20,000 nt of DNA from an uncultured virus (IMG/VR IMGVR_UViG_3300042392_001228). Lineage: Duplodnaviria; Heunggongvirae; Uroviricota; Caudoviricetes. Each line of letters begins with the position of its first letter. The stretch's first letter is position 1. Position numbers and translations under genes: made by a program. Below, piece by piece: positions 1 through 8,785 of the stretch. Location: positions 55,215 to 75,214 of the IMG/VR virus record IMGVR_UViG_3300042392_001228. The stretch is one strand, 5' to 3'. A model generated the notes under the pieces. It was not told the DNA's origin. It saw only the letters and a list, made by a program, of their open reading frames with translations, and searched no databases.

Positions 1-1162
1 CTTCTGTAACACCGTAGGCTTTAGCGGCTAGAGAAACAATTACGCCAACAGTCTCCAAGTTCCAATTCGCCTGGTACGCGTCGAGAACGTACACACAGTC
101 CTTTTCCTTCGTGGATCCAGCCACACAAATCCCAGTCATATCCGCGTTGCCTGGCGAGCAAGAGGGGTCAATAGAGATAATGACCTTATCTAGAGGGGGT
201 ACCTCGGAGCAGACTCCGAACCCAGTGGAGAGCACCCCTTTGTACAACCACGAGAACTTTACATCCCCCATTGTTTTCCGCAAGTCCTGTAGATTCTTTG
301 GGCTAAATGTGGTGTTAGCATCATTGATGCTCTGTCCAGGTTTCCTGCCGAGGATGTCAGCCTTGGCTTCTTCTTCGCTCTCAATGATGGCGGACAAGTT
401 AATGTGAACGGCTCCTTTCGGATTTGAGACTGGGTCAAAGACTCCGTACTTTTCCAGAAAGTAGCTGAAAATGTCTCCCTCGCCTAATCGAGACCCGAGA
501 ACGACTGTGGCACTCTTGCCTACGCAATGGTCTTCTATTTCGCGTATCTGTTTCTTGTTGACACTTCCGTCCGACACGCCGTTGTGGCAGTCATCGATTA
601 GCCATACGCCTGGCGTTTCGTATAAGCTACCGTAATAGCCCCGCAACACATACCCCCCAAAGGAGACTGGTAAAACATGAAACGATGCAAGCGGGGGAAC
701 CACAGAGGAGTACGTCCGGAACGGGGAGGACTGAACCATATGCTTAGTCTTGTGAACTACCGACGCGGCAAGATCCTGTGTGTACGAGGTTACAAAGTGG
801 CTAGCCATGGGGTCTTTGCTAAGCAGCCAGGACAGCAAGTGAACCCCTAGAGTGGTTTTCCCTGTGCGCGGTGGCATCGACACGAGGAGAACCGGGTACC
901 TTCCCTCGGCAATATCCTCAAATGCGGAACCCACCACTTCGTACGCCTTTGCGTCGAGCGGCGCACTTTCGAGTGAGAAGCCTCCTGCATCGGAAACAAG
1001 ATCGCAGAAAGCAAGAAAGCTACTTTTCGCACTTTCCTTGGCGAACGCTTCTCGAGGTAACCCTTCAAGTTTCAGCTCAAGGAGTTTTCTTTGGTAGCTC
1101 CTCCAGCTTGAGTGCTCCGCTAATTGGGAAGCGTGCGTTAATTTTTGGTGTTTAAGTGACAT
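1..1162 (-). CDS. Second terminase large subunit-like protein (diverged paralog of 1196..2986), 3'-truncated by the window edge
   Basis: Absent from the ORF track. Hand translation from ATG at 1162 is open for 387 codons to the window edge: MSLKHQKLTHASQLAEHSSWRSYQRKLLEL...SFLAFCDL...SAFEDIAEGRYPVLLVSMPPRTGKT (Walker A)...WLIDD (Walker B)...VLGSR...KFSWLYKGV...PPLDKVIISIDPS...ADMTGICVAG. It is colinear with the upstream TerL. Confidence 0.88.
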   Translation of the reverse strand, partial: MSLKHQKLTHASQLAEHSSWRSYQRKLLELKLEGLPREAFAKESAKSSFLAFCDLVSDAGGFSLESAPLDAKAYEVVGSAFEDIAEGRYPVLLVSMPPRTGKTTLGVHLLSWLLSKDPMASHFVTSYTQDLAASVVHKTKHMVQSSPFRTYSSVVPPLASFHVLPVSFGGYVLRGYYGSLYETPGVWLIDDCHNGVSDGSVNKKQIREIEDHCVGKSATVVLGSRLGEGDIFSYFLEKYGVFDPVSNPKGAVHINLSAIIESEEEAKADILGRKPGQSINDANTTFSPKNLQDLRKTMGDVKFSWLYKGVLSTGFGVCSEVPPLDKVIISIDPSCSPGNADMTGICVAGSTKEKDCVYVLDAYQANWNLETVGVIVSLAAKAYGVTE

Positions 1163-1195
1163 CCTGTGGTTGTGTTTGTGTTGTCTTGTATAGAG

Positions 1196-2986
1196 TTAAT
1201 TAAAAAGGTCGTAGCCGGATCCACTTCGAAGACCCCGGCTGCGGCCACCTCGGAAAATACCCCTATCAGGTACCTCGGCAGACTGAGGATCAGGGTCGTT
1301 GAAGCCCATACTGCGGGGAGCTCTTCGGCCCCCGACCGAAACACTTCGCTCTTCGAAAAGCCCACCGTAAGAGTGACCATCCCGAAACATTGGTCTGCGT
1401 AGGGCACCAGCCCATTTTCGACTCTGAATGATCGAGTCTTGTATACCCCGGTCAACGGAGTCAATTTTGAGCGAGTAATAAGTTAGCGCCCATACCATGG
1501 CGTCAGTACTATCGTCGTGTCGAACGTACGGGAAAGACGTTAGTTCTTTTATGAAAGCATCGGTCCATAGGCCCCGCACCAGTATAACGCGGTGGTTTTC
1601 GAGTAAAGGGCAGACTGCCTGGAGGCGAGTCGTTTTTGACTTCAGCGGCCTCATTTCCTCGATAGGTATCTTAGCCTCTCGCTTCAGCATTTGAATGAGG
1701 GAGTGCCCTGATGCAGCTTTCTCAATGCATAGAACTTTTGCGCTGTACAAAGCGTAATGCTGCTTTACCGATTCAATTAAGTCGGGAAAACCCCACTTTC
1801 CTTTAACAATCTCACGAATGTATACAACGTCGGGGTTACGTGTGTTTACACCAGCGACGCATATTGCGCTCTCATCAGCTTTCTCTCGCTCGGAGAAAGC
1901 GCAGTCAACTCCAAACCATACAACGTCCAAGGGGGGGCAGTCTTTCTCCTCTATAACCTTAACCCAGCTACTCTTTACAATCTGCCCCTCAGCCGATACA
2001 GGAACCCCTTGGTAAAGAGCTGCGAACTTAAAGCTACCCATTATCTTTTTCTGGGACTCAAGCATCGGAACAGAGAAAGCGGGGTTGTCGGGCCAGTGGC
2101 TCTCTCCCATCTCTCTCCCCAAGGGGTCATTATCGGGGTCCTCACAGAGCCCTGCAATGTTTATCCACCTCCATCCGAAATCCCCGTCATCAGCTACCCA
2201 GTCTACTCCGTTCCCGTCTAGGTCTAGAAAACCGTCCCCGTCCATTAAGACCCCGTGAAGGTCTTTTTCGTGGAAGCGAGTCGCGATCACCATTTGGCAA
2301 AAGTGGTTGGTTCTTCGGGTAGACGCCTGCTCCTGCCACCATGACTCAAGGTTGTCTAGCGCCTGCTTCGAGTCCGATGATTTTAAAGGGTCGTCTATCA
2401 CCATTGCCCCCACGCCAGGGCTCTCCATGTCCGTTGTACCCGCTGTAAAGCCAGTTAGGACTCCACCCACAGACGTTGCAAGGATGTACCCCCCGCCAAT
2501 CATATCGTATTTCGAGTCCGGGCTGAACCCCATCCACTCGGGGAATATTCTTTTAAACTCCTTTGACTTCAGCATCTGGACAGTTTCCCTGTGGAACTTG
2601 AAAGACAGCGAAGCTCCGTAAGAAGCTATAACATGCTGTGTCTTTTGGTCCCTGCCCAGCAACCATGCCAAGAACATAGTCGCCAGCATCGACTTCCCTG
2701 AGCGAGGGGGGCAAGAAACGATTAGTCTCTTGTACCTCCTATTTGCCAGGTCCTCAAAGCCAGATCCTATAATCTCGTGAAACTCGGACACGTTAAGGTC
2801 GCCTGCCTTCATTATATCGCAGAAGGCAAGAAAGCATTCTCGAGCAGCCTGATAGCGGTACTCAGAAACCACCGAGCGCGGTGCCTCAAGAAGGACGAGC
2901 TCCCTTAAGCCCCTTTGGTAGTCTCGCCAAGACGAGTACTCGTCAAGTTGAGACACGTGCGTTATTACGGGTCGGTTATAGCTCAT
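1196..2986 (-). CDS. terL: Terminase large subunit (ATPase + RNase H-like nuclease) with an R/G-rich C-terminal extension
   Basis: 596 aa. Walker A PPRSGKS, Walker B MVIDDP, coupling motif ATR(F)H, LYQG, nuclease motifs GVDCA, IEKAASG and FP..HDDSTDA. Confidence 0.95.
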   Translation of the reverse strand: MSYNRPVITHVSQLDEYSSWRDYQRGLRELVLLEAPRSVVSEYRYQAARECFLAFCDIMKAGDLNVSEFHEIIGSGFEDLANRRYKRLIVSCPPRSGKSMLATMFLAWLLGRDQKTQHVIASYGASLSFKFHRETVQMLKSKEFKRIFPEWMGFSPDSKYDMIGGGYILATSVGGVLTGFTAGTTDMESPGVGAMVIDDPLKSSDSKQALDNLESWWQEQASTRRTNHFCQMVIATRFHEKDLHGVLMDGDGFLDLDGNGVDWVADDGDFGWRWINIAGLCEDPDNDPLGREMGESHWPDNPAFSVPMLESQKKIMGSFKFAALYQGVPVSAEGQIVKSSWVKVIEEKDCPPLDVVWFGVDCAFSEREKADESAICVAGVNTRNPDVVYIREIVKGKWGFPDLIESVKQHYALYSAKVLCIEKAASGHSLIQMLKREAKIPIEEMRPLKSKTTRLQAVCPLLENHRVILVRGLWTDAFIKELTSFPYVRHDDSTDAMVWALTYYSLKIDSVDRGIQDSIIQSRKWAGALRRPMFRDGHSYGGLFEERSVSVGGRRAPRSMGFNDPDPQSAEVPDRGIFRGGRSRGLRSGSGYDLFN

Positions 2987-3276
2987 TCTTTTTGACTTTT
3001 AGGCTTTAGCTTGTTTAGTAACTTTTCAACGGTCGGTCCGTACTCTTTGGCTAGATCTTGTTCCCCCTTACTCTCTGTTTCGGTCAAACTCACAATATCC
3101 GACACAATCTCGCGGTGCGCTTTCACAGCCGAGTTAAACACAGTCACAAGATCTCGAGTGCTGCACTCCTCCAAGTGGTCTTGAAGTAGCTCAAGAGCGT
3201 CTTCAGCAACCTGCAATGCTGCTGCGGCAAGGGTCTCTTTCTGCCTCAGGATTTTGTCGTTCGAAGTTGTTGTCAT
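2983..3276 (-). CDS. Small helical protein, possible terminase small subunit
   Basis: ATG at 3276 overlaps the upstream stop (ATGA), and its own stop overlaps the terL ATG (ATGA). 97 aa, helical/coiled-coil-like with a basic C-terminus. TerS call is positional only. Confidence 0.5.
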   Translation of the reverse strand: MTTTSNDKILRQKETLAAAALQVAEDALELLQDHLEECSTRDLVTVFNSAVKAHREIVSDIVSLTETESKGEQDLAKEYGPTVEKLLNKLKPKSQKE

Positions 3277-3425
3277 AGTGTTTTTCTGCATCGTGAGCAC
3301 CCCGTATTTGAAGTGGGATAACTCCGGAAGTTTTGCAATTGTTTAAGGATGGCCTGCGCCAAGGCCGAATTGTTGGACTTAACAGCAACGTCATACTGTG
3401 CCCAGAGCTGTGCGGGAGTTGCCAT
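3273..3425 (-). CDS. Small hypothetical protein (50 aa, C-terminal CxxC)
   Basis: ATG at 3425 lies 2 nt after the stop of 3428..4651, and its stop is coupled to the next gene. Sequence MATPAQLWAQY...GCSRCRKTL. Confidence 0.6.
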   Translation of the reverse strand: MATPAQLWAQYDVAVKSNNSALAQAILKQLQNFRSYPTSNTGCSRCRKTL

Positions 3426-3427
3426 AC

Positions 3428-4651
3428 TTAACAGAGACTCGGAGGAGTTGGTCCGCCTTCGCAAGGAATGCAGCCGAGCTTCCACAAGGAATTAATCGAC
3501 GCAAGCTCGAAGGAATCTTGTATCAACCAACCTTTACCCTGCGGAGACTGGGCTACAAAGTAGAACCGTCCCTGCGGTGTTTGAATAAACGTGTCGGGTT
3601 TCACCCCGACGAGTGTTCCGCCCATCAAAGTTTGCGTCTTGCCGTTCGGATCTAGGGGGTCTGAGTACAGGGTTCGGTTCGCCCCTCTCACAATTGCGAA
3701 CTCCCCGTAGGTGAGTCCCGACGACCACGACGCATCCTTCACACTTAGCGGGTCTATTCCCCCCTTGGCTGCGCCAGAAACCGTATTCCTCCAAAGATCC
3801 ACAGCGTAACGAGCAAGCTTTTTCCCGGAGTTAACGTAGAAAACTTCCTTTATGGGCTGCTTTGTTGTGGCGTTCCAAATTGTTACAACCAAGCGACCGT
3901 CCGCCGTGAAATTCTTATTACTTAGCAAGTAGATCGGCTGACTTAAAGGATCTTCGAGGAATACTTCACTCGGGCTGCGAACATAGACCCAATCCCCTGA
4001 CTGCGTGAGTTCTTCACTCCACTGCACTCCGAGTGCATCTGTGAGTGCGGCATCTAGGGGGTTCGTCTCAGGGTACCATGGCACATAAATACACCCCGTT
4101 GCTTCATCGAGAACACCGGCTAAGGGTAAAGAAGTCAGGACATTTCGAGTGGGGAAAATTTGGCGGCAGTCACCACGTTGAACACAGGGGTCGAGTGCGA
4201 TATACGGCAGGGTTTCCTCGATAGTTACGGACCAGTTTTGAGTGTAGGTGTACTGGGACTCCGGGCTTAAGCCTGTGAACTGGGACGTAGAGCATCGAAA
4301 AGGTTCCAAAACTTGCACGTAAGCACCCGAAGGGGCACTCCCCGACAGTGTGATTTTTGCGCCCATGAGGAGTTGCGTGGCAAAGTCGTGTCCGGAACTC
4401 GTCAGGTAGTTTTGGCACGAAAAGTTAAGCTCAAAATTGAGAGTGTCTTCGTATATGAAGGGTACTCGGTTCTTAACATTGCTTGTTGAACTTTCGTATC
4501 GGACAACGATGTTGTTGGTCTGAGTTACAACGCCTTCGTTCTCCACTGCGTCAGCCAAACGCAAAACATTAACTCCAATTGGTATGAGGGGGGATGCAAT
4601 AAGAGAGTCGCAGAGGAATTGCTCTATTTTCGTTATTGTATTCAGTTCCAT
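3428..4651 (-). CDS. Virion protein; N-terminal ~145 aa possibly Mu gp37-like tail terminator/completion domain, plus an extra C-terminal domain
   Basis: 407-aa ORF directly after the gp36-like gene. N-terminal pattern (ITKIEQFLCDSL...IVVRYESS...LNFELNF...ATQLLMGAKITLSG...YTQNWSVT) resembles tail-terminator proteins. Confidence 0.5.
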   Translation of the reverse strand: MELNTITKIEQFLCDSLIASPLIPIGVNVLRLADAVENEGVVTQTNNIVVRYESSTSNVKNRVPFIYEDTLNFELNFSCQNYLTSSGHDFATQLLMGAKITLSGSAPSGAYVQVLEPFRCSTSQFTGLSPESQYTYTQNWSVTIEETLPYIALDPCVQRGDCRQIFPTRNVLTSLPLAGVLDEATGCIYVPWYPETNPLDAALTDALGVQWSEELTQSGDWVYVRSPSEVFLEDPLSQPIYLLSNKNFTADGRLVVTIWNATTKQPIKEVFYVNSGKKLARYAVDLWRNTVSGAAKGGIDPLSVKDASWSSGLTYGEFAIVRGANRTLYSDPLDPNGKTQTLMGGTLVGVKPDTFIQTPQGRFYFVAQSPQGKGWLIQDSFELASINSLWKLGCIPCEGGPTPPSLC

Positions 4652-4663
4652 TTAGGTTAGGAC

Positions 4664-5743
4664 TTAAGGGTAGATCGTATCAGAGCCGTTAACGCGATAG
4701 CCGCCTGCGTCGTTCGGCTCTGTAATTTGTGGAGTCCCACCTAAGTCTTCGTAGTTTCGTGCTGAGATCCAGTTAGTTTCAGAGTTGTTTTGCCCCGTTG
4801 CCCCGAAACCAGCACGAAAGTCCGGAGCCTGATCCCCCGCCATGTCTGTATTCCACCCTCCGAAACCTTTTCCCGAAACCCCGTTGTACCGCTGCGGGAC
4901 ACGCCAGGAGCGCATGATTCCTGCCTTGGTGTCAATAGCTGAGTCACCGTGGCCCGCACGAACCGAAGTCATTTCTCGTTCAGCGTCGAGTTGTTTTAGT
5001 GCTTCGGTGTAATCCTTGAAAACATCCTCTCTTCGCCGAACATTATCCAGGTAGTATCGGGCTATGATAAGTGCTGTTCGGCGGCGGTTGCTCGTAATTA
5101 GGACCTTTCCCGCTTTCCCTGACTGCTCAATGTATGAGTCTATGAGAGCGTTTGCATCCTCGATTGCCATTCGCATCTTGGCAACATTCACCGAGTTTGC
5201 GCTCGCGTCGTCAATGTTTGTAAGTTGTATGGCTTCCTTGAGTCCGTACGCGATAATGAAGTCGTCGGGCGACGCACTTCGTGGGTCGGACCTGTTTGGC
5301 GTTAAAACACCTGAGCGATCTTGATGCGGATAGCCGTAACCGCCAATAGTCTGCCCAAGGTTGGAACCCTTGCGAGAGCTTTCCGTTTGTTCGCTCGGTG
5401 TGAGCGTGTTTCGGACCGAAACTCGGTAAAAGCCTCGTACTGCGTTTCTTTTCTTTACAACATCACTAGCTGTGGAGGGAACTGGCCCCCTCATGCAAGA
5501 GGCTAAGGCGACGGGGGGCTCATAGGAAACAAATACCTCGTCCCACGCAGACAAGCAGCTGTCTAGCCCAAGGGATACCATTGTGTCCGAGGAGTACACG
5601 AATGTCTCTACTCCGTACTGACCGTAGTTCACAGTGAAGGAGCTTATGGGAACACTGACCCGAGTGTCAAGTGGGCTATCGAAGTACAGAACAACTGTAC
5701 TCGGCGCTGAAAGTATGGCCTCCTTTATCTGCGGTACTGACAT
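4664..5743 (-). CDS. Head-tail adaptor (Mu gp36/DUF1320-like) fused to an N-terminal Ig-like (SwmB-like) domain
   Basis: Central segment ASPDDFIIAYGLKEAIQLTN...AIEDANALIDSYI...IARYYL...KDYTEALKQL matches the DUF1320 pattern. N-terminal VVLYFDSPLD...SSFTVN...VSLGLD...VFVSYEPP is Ig-like. AAGGA SD upstream. Confidence 0.75.
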   Translation of the reverse strand: MSVPQIKEAILSAPSTVVLYFDSPLDTRVSVPISSFTVNYGQYGVETFVYSSDTMVSLGLDSCLSAWDEVFVSYEPPVALASCMRGPVPSTASDVVKKRNAVRGFYRVSVRNTLTPSEQTESSRKGSNLGQTIGGYGYPHQDRSGVLTPNRSDPRSASPDDFIIAYGLKEAIQLTNIDDASANSVNVAKMRMAIEDANALIDSYIEQSGKAGKVLITSNRRRTALIIARYYLDNVRRREDVFKDYTEALKQLDAEREMTSVRAGHGDSAIDTKAGIMRSWRVPQRYNGVSGKGFGGWNTDMAGDQAPDFRAGFGATGQNNSETNWISARNYEDLGGTPQITEPNDAGGYRVNGSDTIYP

Positions 5744-5762
5744 TCGGCTCTTTCCTTGTACA

Positions 5763-5774
5763 AGGTTTTACCCT
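5763..5774 (-). promoter_or_regulatory. Intergenic GGGTAAAA motif, candidate late promoter
   Basis: AGGGTAAAACCT about 20 nt upstream of the ATG at 5743. The same core occurs in three other spacers. Confidence 0.5.
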
Positions 5775-5811
5775 GCTGCCTAAGGAAAGTCGGAGCCCCA
5801 CGAAAGCTACC

Positions 5812-6459
5812 TCACATCAGTTTGTCCCTACCCATTGACATTTTGTAAGGTTTGCTGCCATGCCTTGTATCTCCCCCCTCTAAGCGTATACTATTTCCGG
5901 ACCGTGTCGCCGACCAATGGGTGCCACTTTCGTCCTCAAATTTGAACCTTTCCCCCTCCTTTAACTTTCCAAGGGCAGTTTGGTGCTCGGGGTGTAGAAC
6001 AGCCTTGAACTCAGACCCCTTACTGACCACTACCCTGTCACCCTGCTTTCTTACGGAAGTTTCCGAACCTTCGGCTGCGAGTCTTTTGAGAGTGGCTTGG
6101 GCAGCCATGTCTCTTTCTACCTTGGTTCGCCTGGCGGGAGAAGTCGCCTTTACCGGTTTAGCTTCTTCAGTTCCTTTTCTGCACTGCCCCGCTGTTCCGT
6201 ACGCTTCACCGGACGGTTTTACGCAGCGTGTGAATTCGTACGAATTAATCAGGGTATTTACAGCCTCTTCAATGAATGGGTATTTGTTCCCGTAATTTTC
6301 AGAGAAGGAGAAACCTTCGGATGCTAACGCATCCGCTTCATTGCGGAGTTCTAAAGCCTCTCCAAGGTTACCTTTTAGTGCTTCAGAAAGGGCTTCGAGG
6401 TAACAGTGGTCGAGTTTATTCATGTCTGATGTTGTGAAAATTTCAGGGAGTGTTTTCAC
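5812..6459 (-). CDS. Hypothetical protein
   Basis: 215-aa ORF filling the gap in the minus-strand gene cluster and preceded by the GGGTAAAA motif. Contains CVKPSGEAYGTAGQCRKG. Confidence 0.75.
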   Translation of the reverse strand: MKTLPEIFTTSDMNKLDHCYLEALSEALKGNLGEALELRNEADALASEGFSFSENYGNKYPFIEEAVNTLINSYEFTRCVKPSGEAYGTAGQCRKGTEEAKPVKATSPARRTKVERDMAAQATLKRLAAEGSETSVRKQGDRVVVSKGSEFKAVLHPEHQTALGKLKEGERFKFEDESGTHWSATRSGNSIRLEGGDTRHGSKPYKMSMGRDKLM

Positions 6460-6470
6460 CCCGTCTTTTT

Positions 6471-6480
6471 ATTTTACCCT
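6471..6480 (-). promoter_or_regulatory. Intergenic GGGTAAAA motif, candidate late promoter
   Basis: AGGGTAAAAT upstream of the GTG at 6459. Confidence 0.45.
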
Positions 6481-6501
6481 TTGCGGACCAGGTCTAGGTA
6501 G

Positions 6502-6912
6502 TCAACGCAGCAGGAAATCTTTCGGATCGTTTGACACGGGAAAGAGATTCTCGGACACCCAGAACGAGTAGACATCCTTATGGACTCGTACCGAGTACCC
6601 TCGAGCTGCGGAGTACAGACAATTTGCAAGGAACTGAAAGGCCAGTCGAAGAGGCCACTCATCTCTCCAGTTGACTTCCCAACTGTCAATCGTGAGCAAC
6701 TTACCGCTCACTGTGTAGTCTATTCGGGATACTATGCTCCCTCCCCTTAAACCTGGTGCGGGGTAATCGAAAGTTTGAGCAACGGACTCGTAGGGCTCCC
6801 CATCATACTTTCCTAGGACATACCGCAGCTCACTTGCCCCGTCCTGAAAGTACAAGAAGTCCTGAAAGATAAATCCCCCTTGGCGATAGACAGAAGGACG
6901 ACGTACTGCCAT
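6502..6912 (-). CDS. Hypothetical protein (136 aa)
   Basis: Likely start is the ATG at 6912 (MAVRRPSVYRQ), in a TAATG overlap with the upstream stop. The track's longer start (7038) overlaps the upstream gene. Confidence 0.75.
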   Translation of the reverse strand: MAVRRPSVYRQGGFIFQDFLYFQDGASELRYVLGKYDGEPYESVAQTFDYPAPGLRGGSIVSRIDYTVSGKLLTIDSWEVNWRDEWPLRLAFQFLANCLYSAARGYSVRVHKDVYSFWVSENLFPVSNDPKDFLLR

Positions 6913-7283
6913 TAGACCCTCACCAATGCATGAAAAGTTCCATTTCTCCCCACAATTACCCGGTCTCGGTACTCCTTTCCGTCCACAATGAGTCGGTCCG
7001 TGTTGGTTATCGCCTCGACTCTCAGGTCCTGTTCGCAAGTTACCGGCTCAAGAAAAGTTGTGGGTACCGCAACAAAGAATCTTTCCTGACTCAGGAAGCT
7101 TTTCCCGATGGAGAAAGAAACGTGGGCACTTACAGAGTTGGCCGCGTAAATAGAGTCATACACGCAAAGGTTCTCAACGACTCCGAGGGATTTGTAGAAC
7201 ACTGGCGCTAAAGGGTTTGTAGCACTCTGGCCGAACCCTGGAGAGTTGACAAAGCCTGGGTCGTAATCCTCGGTGAAAGTCAT
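6912..7283 (-). CDS. Hypothetical protein, probably baseplate/spike associated
   Basis: 123 aa, ATGA-coupled to the spike gene and TAATG-coupled to the next gene. Confidence 0.7.
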   Translation of the reverse strand: MTFTEDYDPGFVNSPGFGQSATNPLAPVFYKSLGVVENLCVYDSIYAANSVSAHVSFSIGKSFLSQERFFVAVPTTFLEPVTCEQDLRVEAITNTDRLIVDGKEYRDRVIVGRNGTFHALVRV

Positions 7284-8476
7284 TTGAATGGGTTTGGTAA
7301 GGAGGGTAGCTTAGAGAAAACAGTTTTTATTGTTGCCGCAGGGTTCTGAAGCGTCGAGATGACAAACTTGGTTGCCCCAGGAACATAGGAAGGCAGCGAC
7401 TTCTCTGCTGCTTTTTTCACAAAGTCGGTGGGGTCTGCTATGACTTTTCTAAGAACTTCTGAGAAGTTTAGAACTTTTTGTGCTTGCTGAATCGCTGTCT
7501 TCGTAAAATTCGACCCTGGGACACTCTCGACTGCAGCAAGAATTTCAGGGTTGTAGGTGGTTATGAACGACCCGGTAATATTATCGATAAACCCAGAATT
7601 TCGTGCAAAGCTAAGGGCAGTGTCTTGGCTGAACAAAGGCCCTTCCACAAACTTGAACGCTTGTATCGTGCTCATCGGGGGCGGTGCCCACGCTGCAGCA
7701 GACCCCCAAGGATTACCGGCAGGGGCAGTAGAGTACCCGGTTCGCCCCTCTTTTTTCATTTCCTGATGACTTGTAACAAAGACGTGGTCGTATGTTGCAG
7801 CCATTTGTCCAGGGCTGAGACGATTTCCAGCAGAGTCAACCTGCGATGTAACATCGTTTCCGCCTGCGTGCCCGTGCGCCAAATCTGCGTGCCTTACCCA
7901 TATGTACTGTCCGTCTCTCTTCAGACAAATACACACCCAATCTGAGTTCATTGGACCATTTTCTTCAACAACAGTGCAGCCGTGGTTCTCCTTGCATGCC
8001 GGGGGCAGACCGCCAGCTTCGTATATCGGCAGCCGAGTCATTGTGCTGTTGCTCGGAATCTGTAGAGCTTGCTGAGAGCCGTCGGTTAAATTCTGAGGGT
8101 CGTACAGTACGTCTTGCAAAACTGCATAGTGGTACTCCCCGTTGCTCAGAGAAATATTCACTCTCTTTCCTTCGAGGGACTTCGGCTGCTTTCCCTTGAA
8201 AGCCGGGGAAACATCGAGCCAGTGTGACAAGTTGCTTGACTCTCCTGGCCTCGGTAGAGAAAACTCTCCAGCACCTTCGACTGACGGAATGTCCTGAGGG
8301 TTCATGGCGTCGAACAGAACCTTGACTCTCCCTAAGTCTTCAGGGTCTTCAACACTAATTATGGTCCCACGAACAGTTCCCCTGGGTGACCCGGTGTACC
8401 TCGCGTTGGCTTCGATGGCTTTCGCCATCTCGGCCTGTTGTCGAATCCATGGAATGTTTCTCAGGCTTTGGGCCAT
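7280..8476 (-). CDS. Baseplate central spike protein (GpV/gp5/VgrG-type OB-fold)
   Basis: N-terminal RGTIISVEDPEDLGRVKVLF is the typical OB-fold signature. Internal HADLAHGH resembles the HxH metal-binding apex motif. Confidence 0.75.
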   Translation of the reverse strand: MAQSLRNIPWIRQQAEMAKAIEANARYTGSPRGTVRGTIISVEDPEDLGRVKVLFDAMNPQDIPSVEGAGEFSLPRPGESSNLSHWLDVSPAFKGKQPKSLEGKRVNISLSNGEYHYAVLQDVLYDPQNLTDGSQQALQIPSNSTMTRLPIYEAGGLPPACKENHGCTVVEENGPMNSDWVCICLKRDGQYIWVRHADLAHGHAGGNDVTSQVDSAGNRLSPGQMAATYDHVFVTSHQEMKKEGRTGYSTAPAGNPWGSAAAWAPPPMSTIQAFKFVEGPLFSQDTALSFARNSGFIDNITGSFITTYNPEILAAVESVPGSNFTKTAIQQAQKVLNFSEVLRKVIADPTDFVKKAAEKSLPSYVPGATKFVISTLQNPAATIKTVFSKLPSLPNPFK

Positions 8477-8479
8477 AGT

Positions 8480-8755
8480 TTACCGTATCTTGAGGGAAAA
8501 CTTCGGAGTGTTTTTTGACGGTAGTCGCTTAGCGAGTGCGGGTGGTCGTAGTGCCGCCTCTGCTTCTTTCACAGGGGGCACCTCAGAGCTTGCTTCAGGG
8601 TGGCCCTCCTGAGGGATTTCCTGGTGAGGCTCCAGGTGAGACTCGCCTAGTTCCTCGATAGGGTGTTCAGGTGCAGATGTGGCGGTGGGTGTTTCCTCGG
8701 TGTGATCTAGGGGAACTGTTTCTGTGTCGGGTGCACTTTTTCTTCGTGTGGTCAT
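8480..8755 (-). CDS. Small acidic/Pro-rich, probably disordered hypothetical protein
   Basis: 91-aa ORF filling the intergenic gap and preceded by the GGGTAAAA motif. Confidence 0.7.
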   Translation of the reverse strand: MTTRRKSAPDTETVPLDHTEETPTATSAPEHPIEELGESHLEPHQEIPQEGHPEASSEVPPVKEAEAALRPPALAKRLPSKNTPKFSLKIR

Positions 8756-8774
8756 TTCGGTAAGGTGGCTAAGA

Positions 8775-8785
8775 GTTTTTACCCG
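8775..8785 (-). promoter_or_regulatory. Intergenic GGGTAAAA motif, candidate late promoter
   Basis: CGGGTAAAAAC immediately after the stop at 8786 and about 20 nt before the ATG at 8755. Confidence 0.45.

Noticed and set aside
3531..3540. AGGGTAAAGG as a fifth promoter motif
   Set aside because: It is an imperfect match inside a coding region, more than 100 nt from the next likely start, and could be chance.
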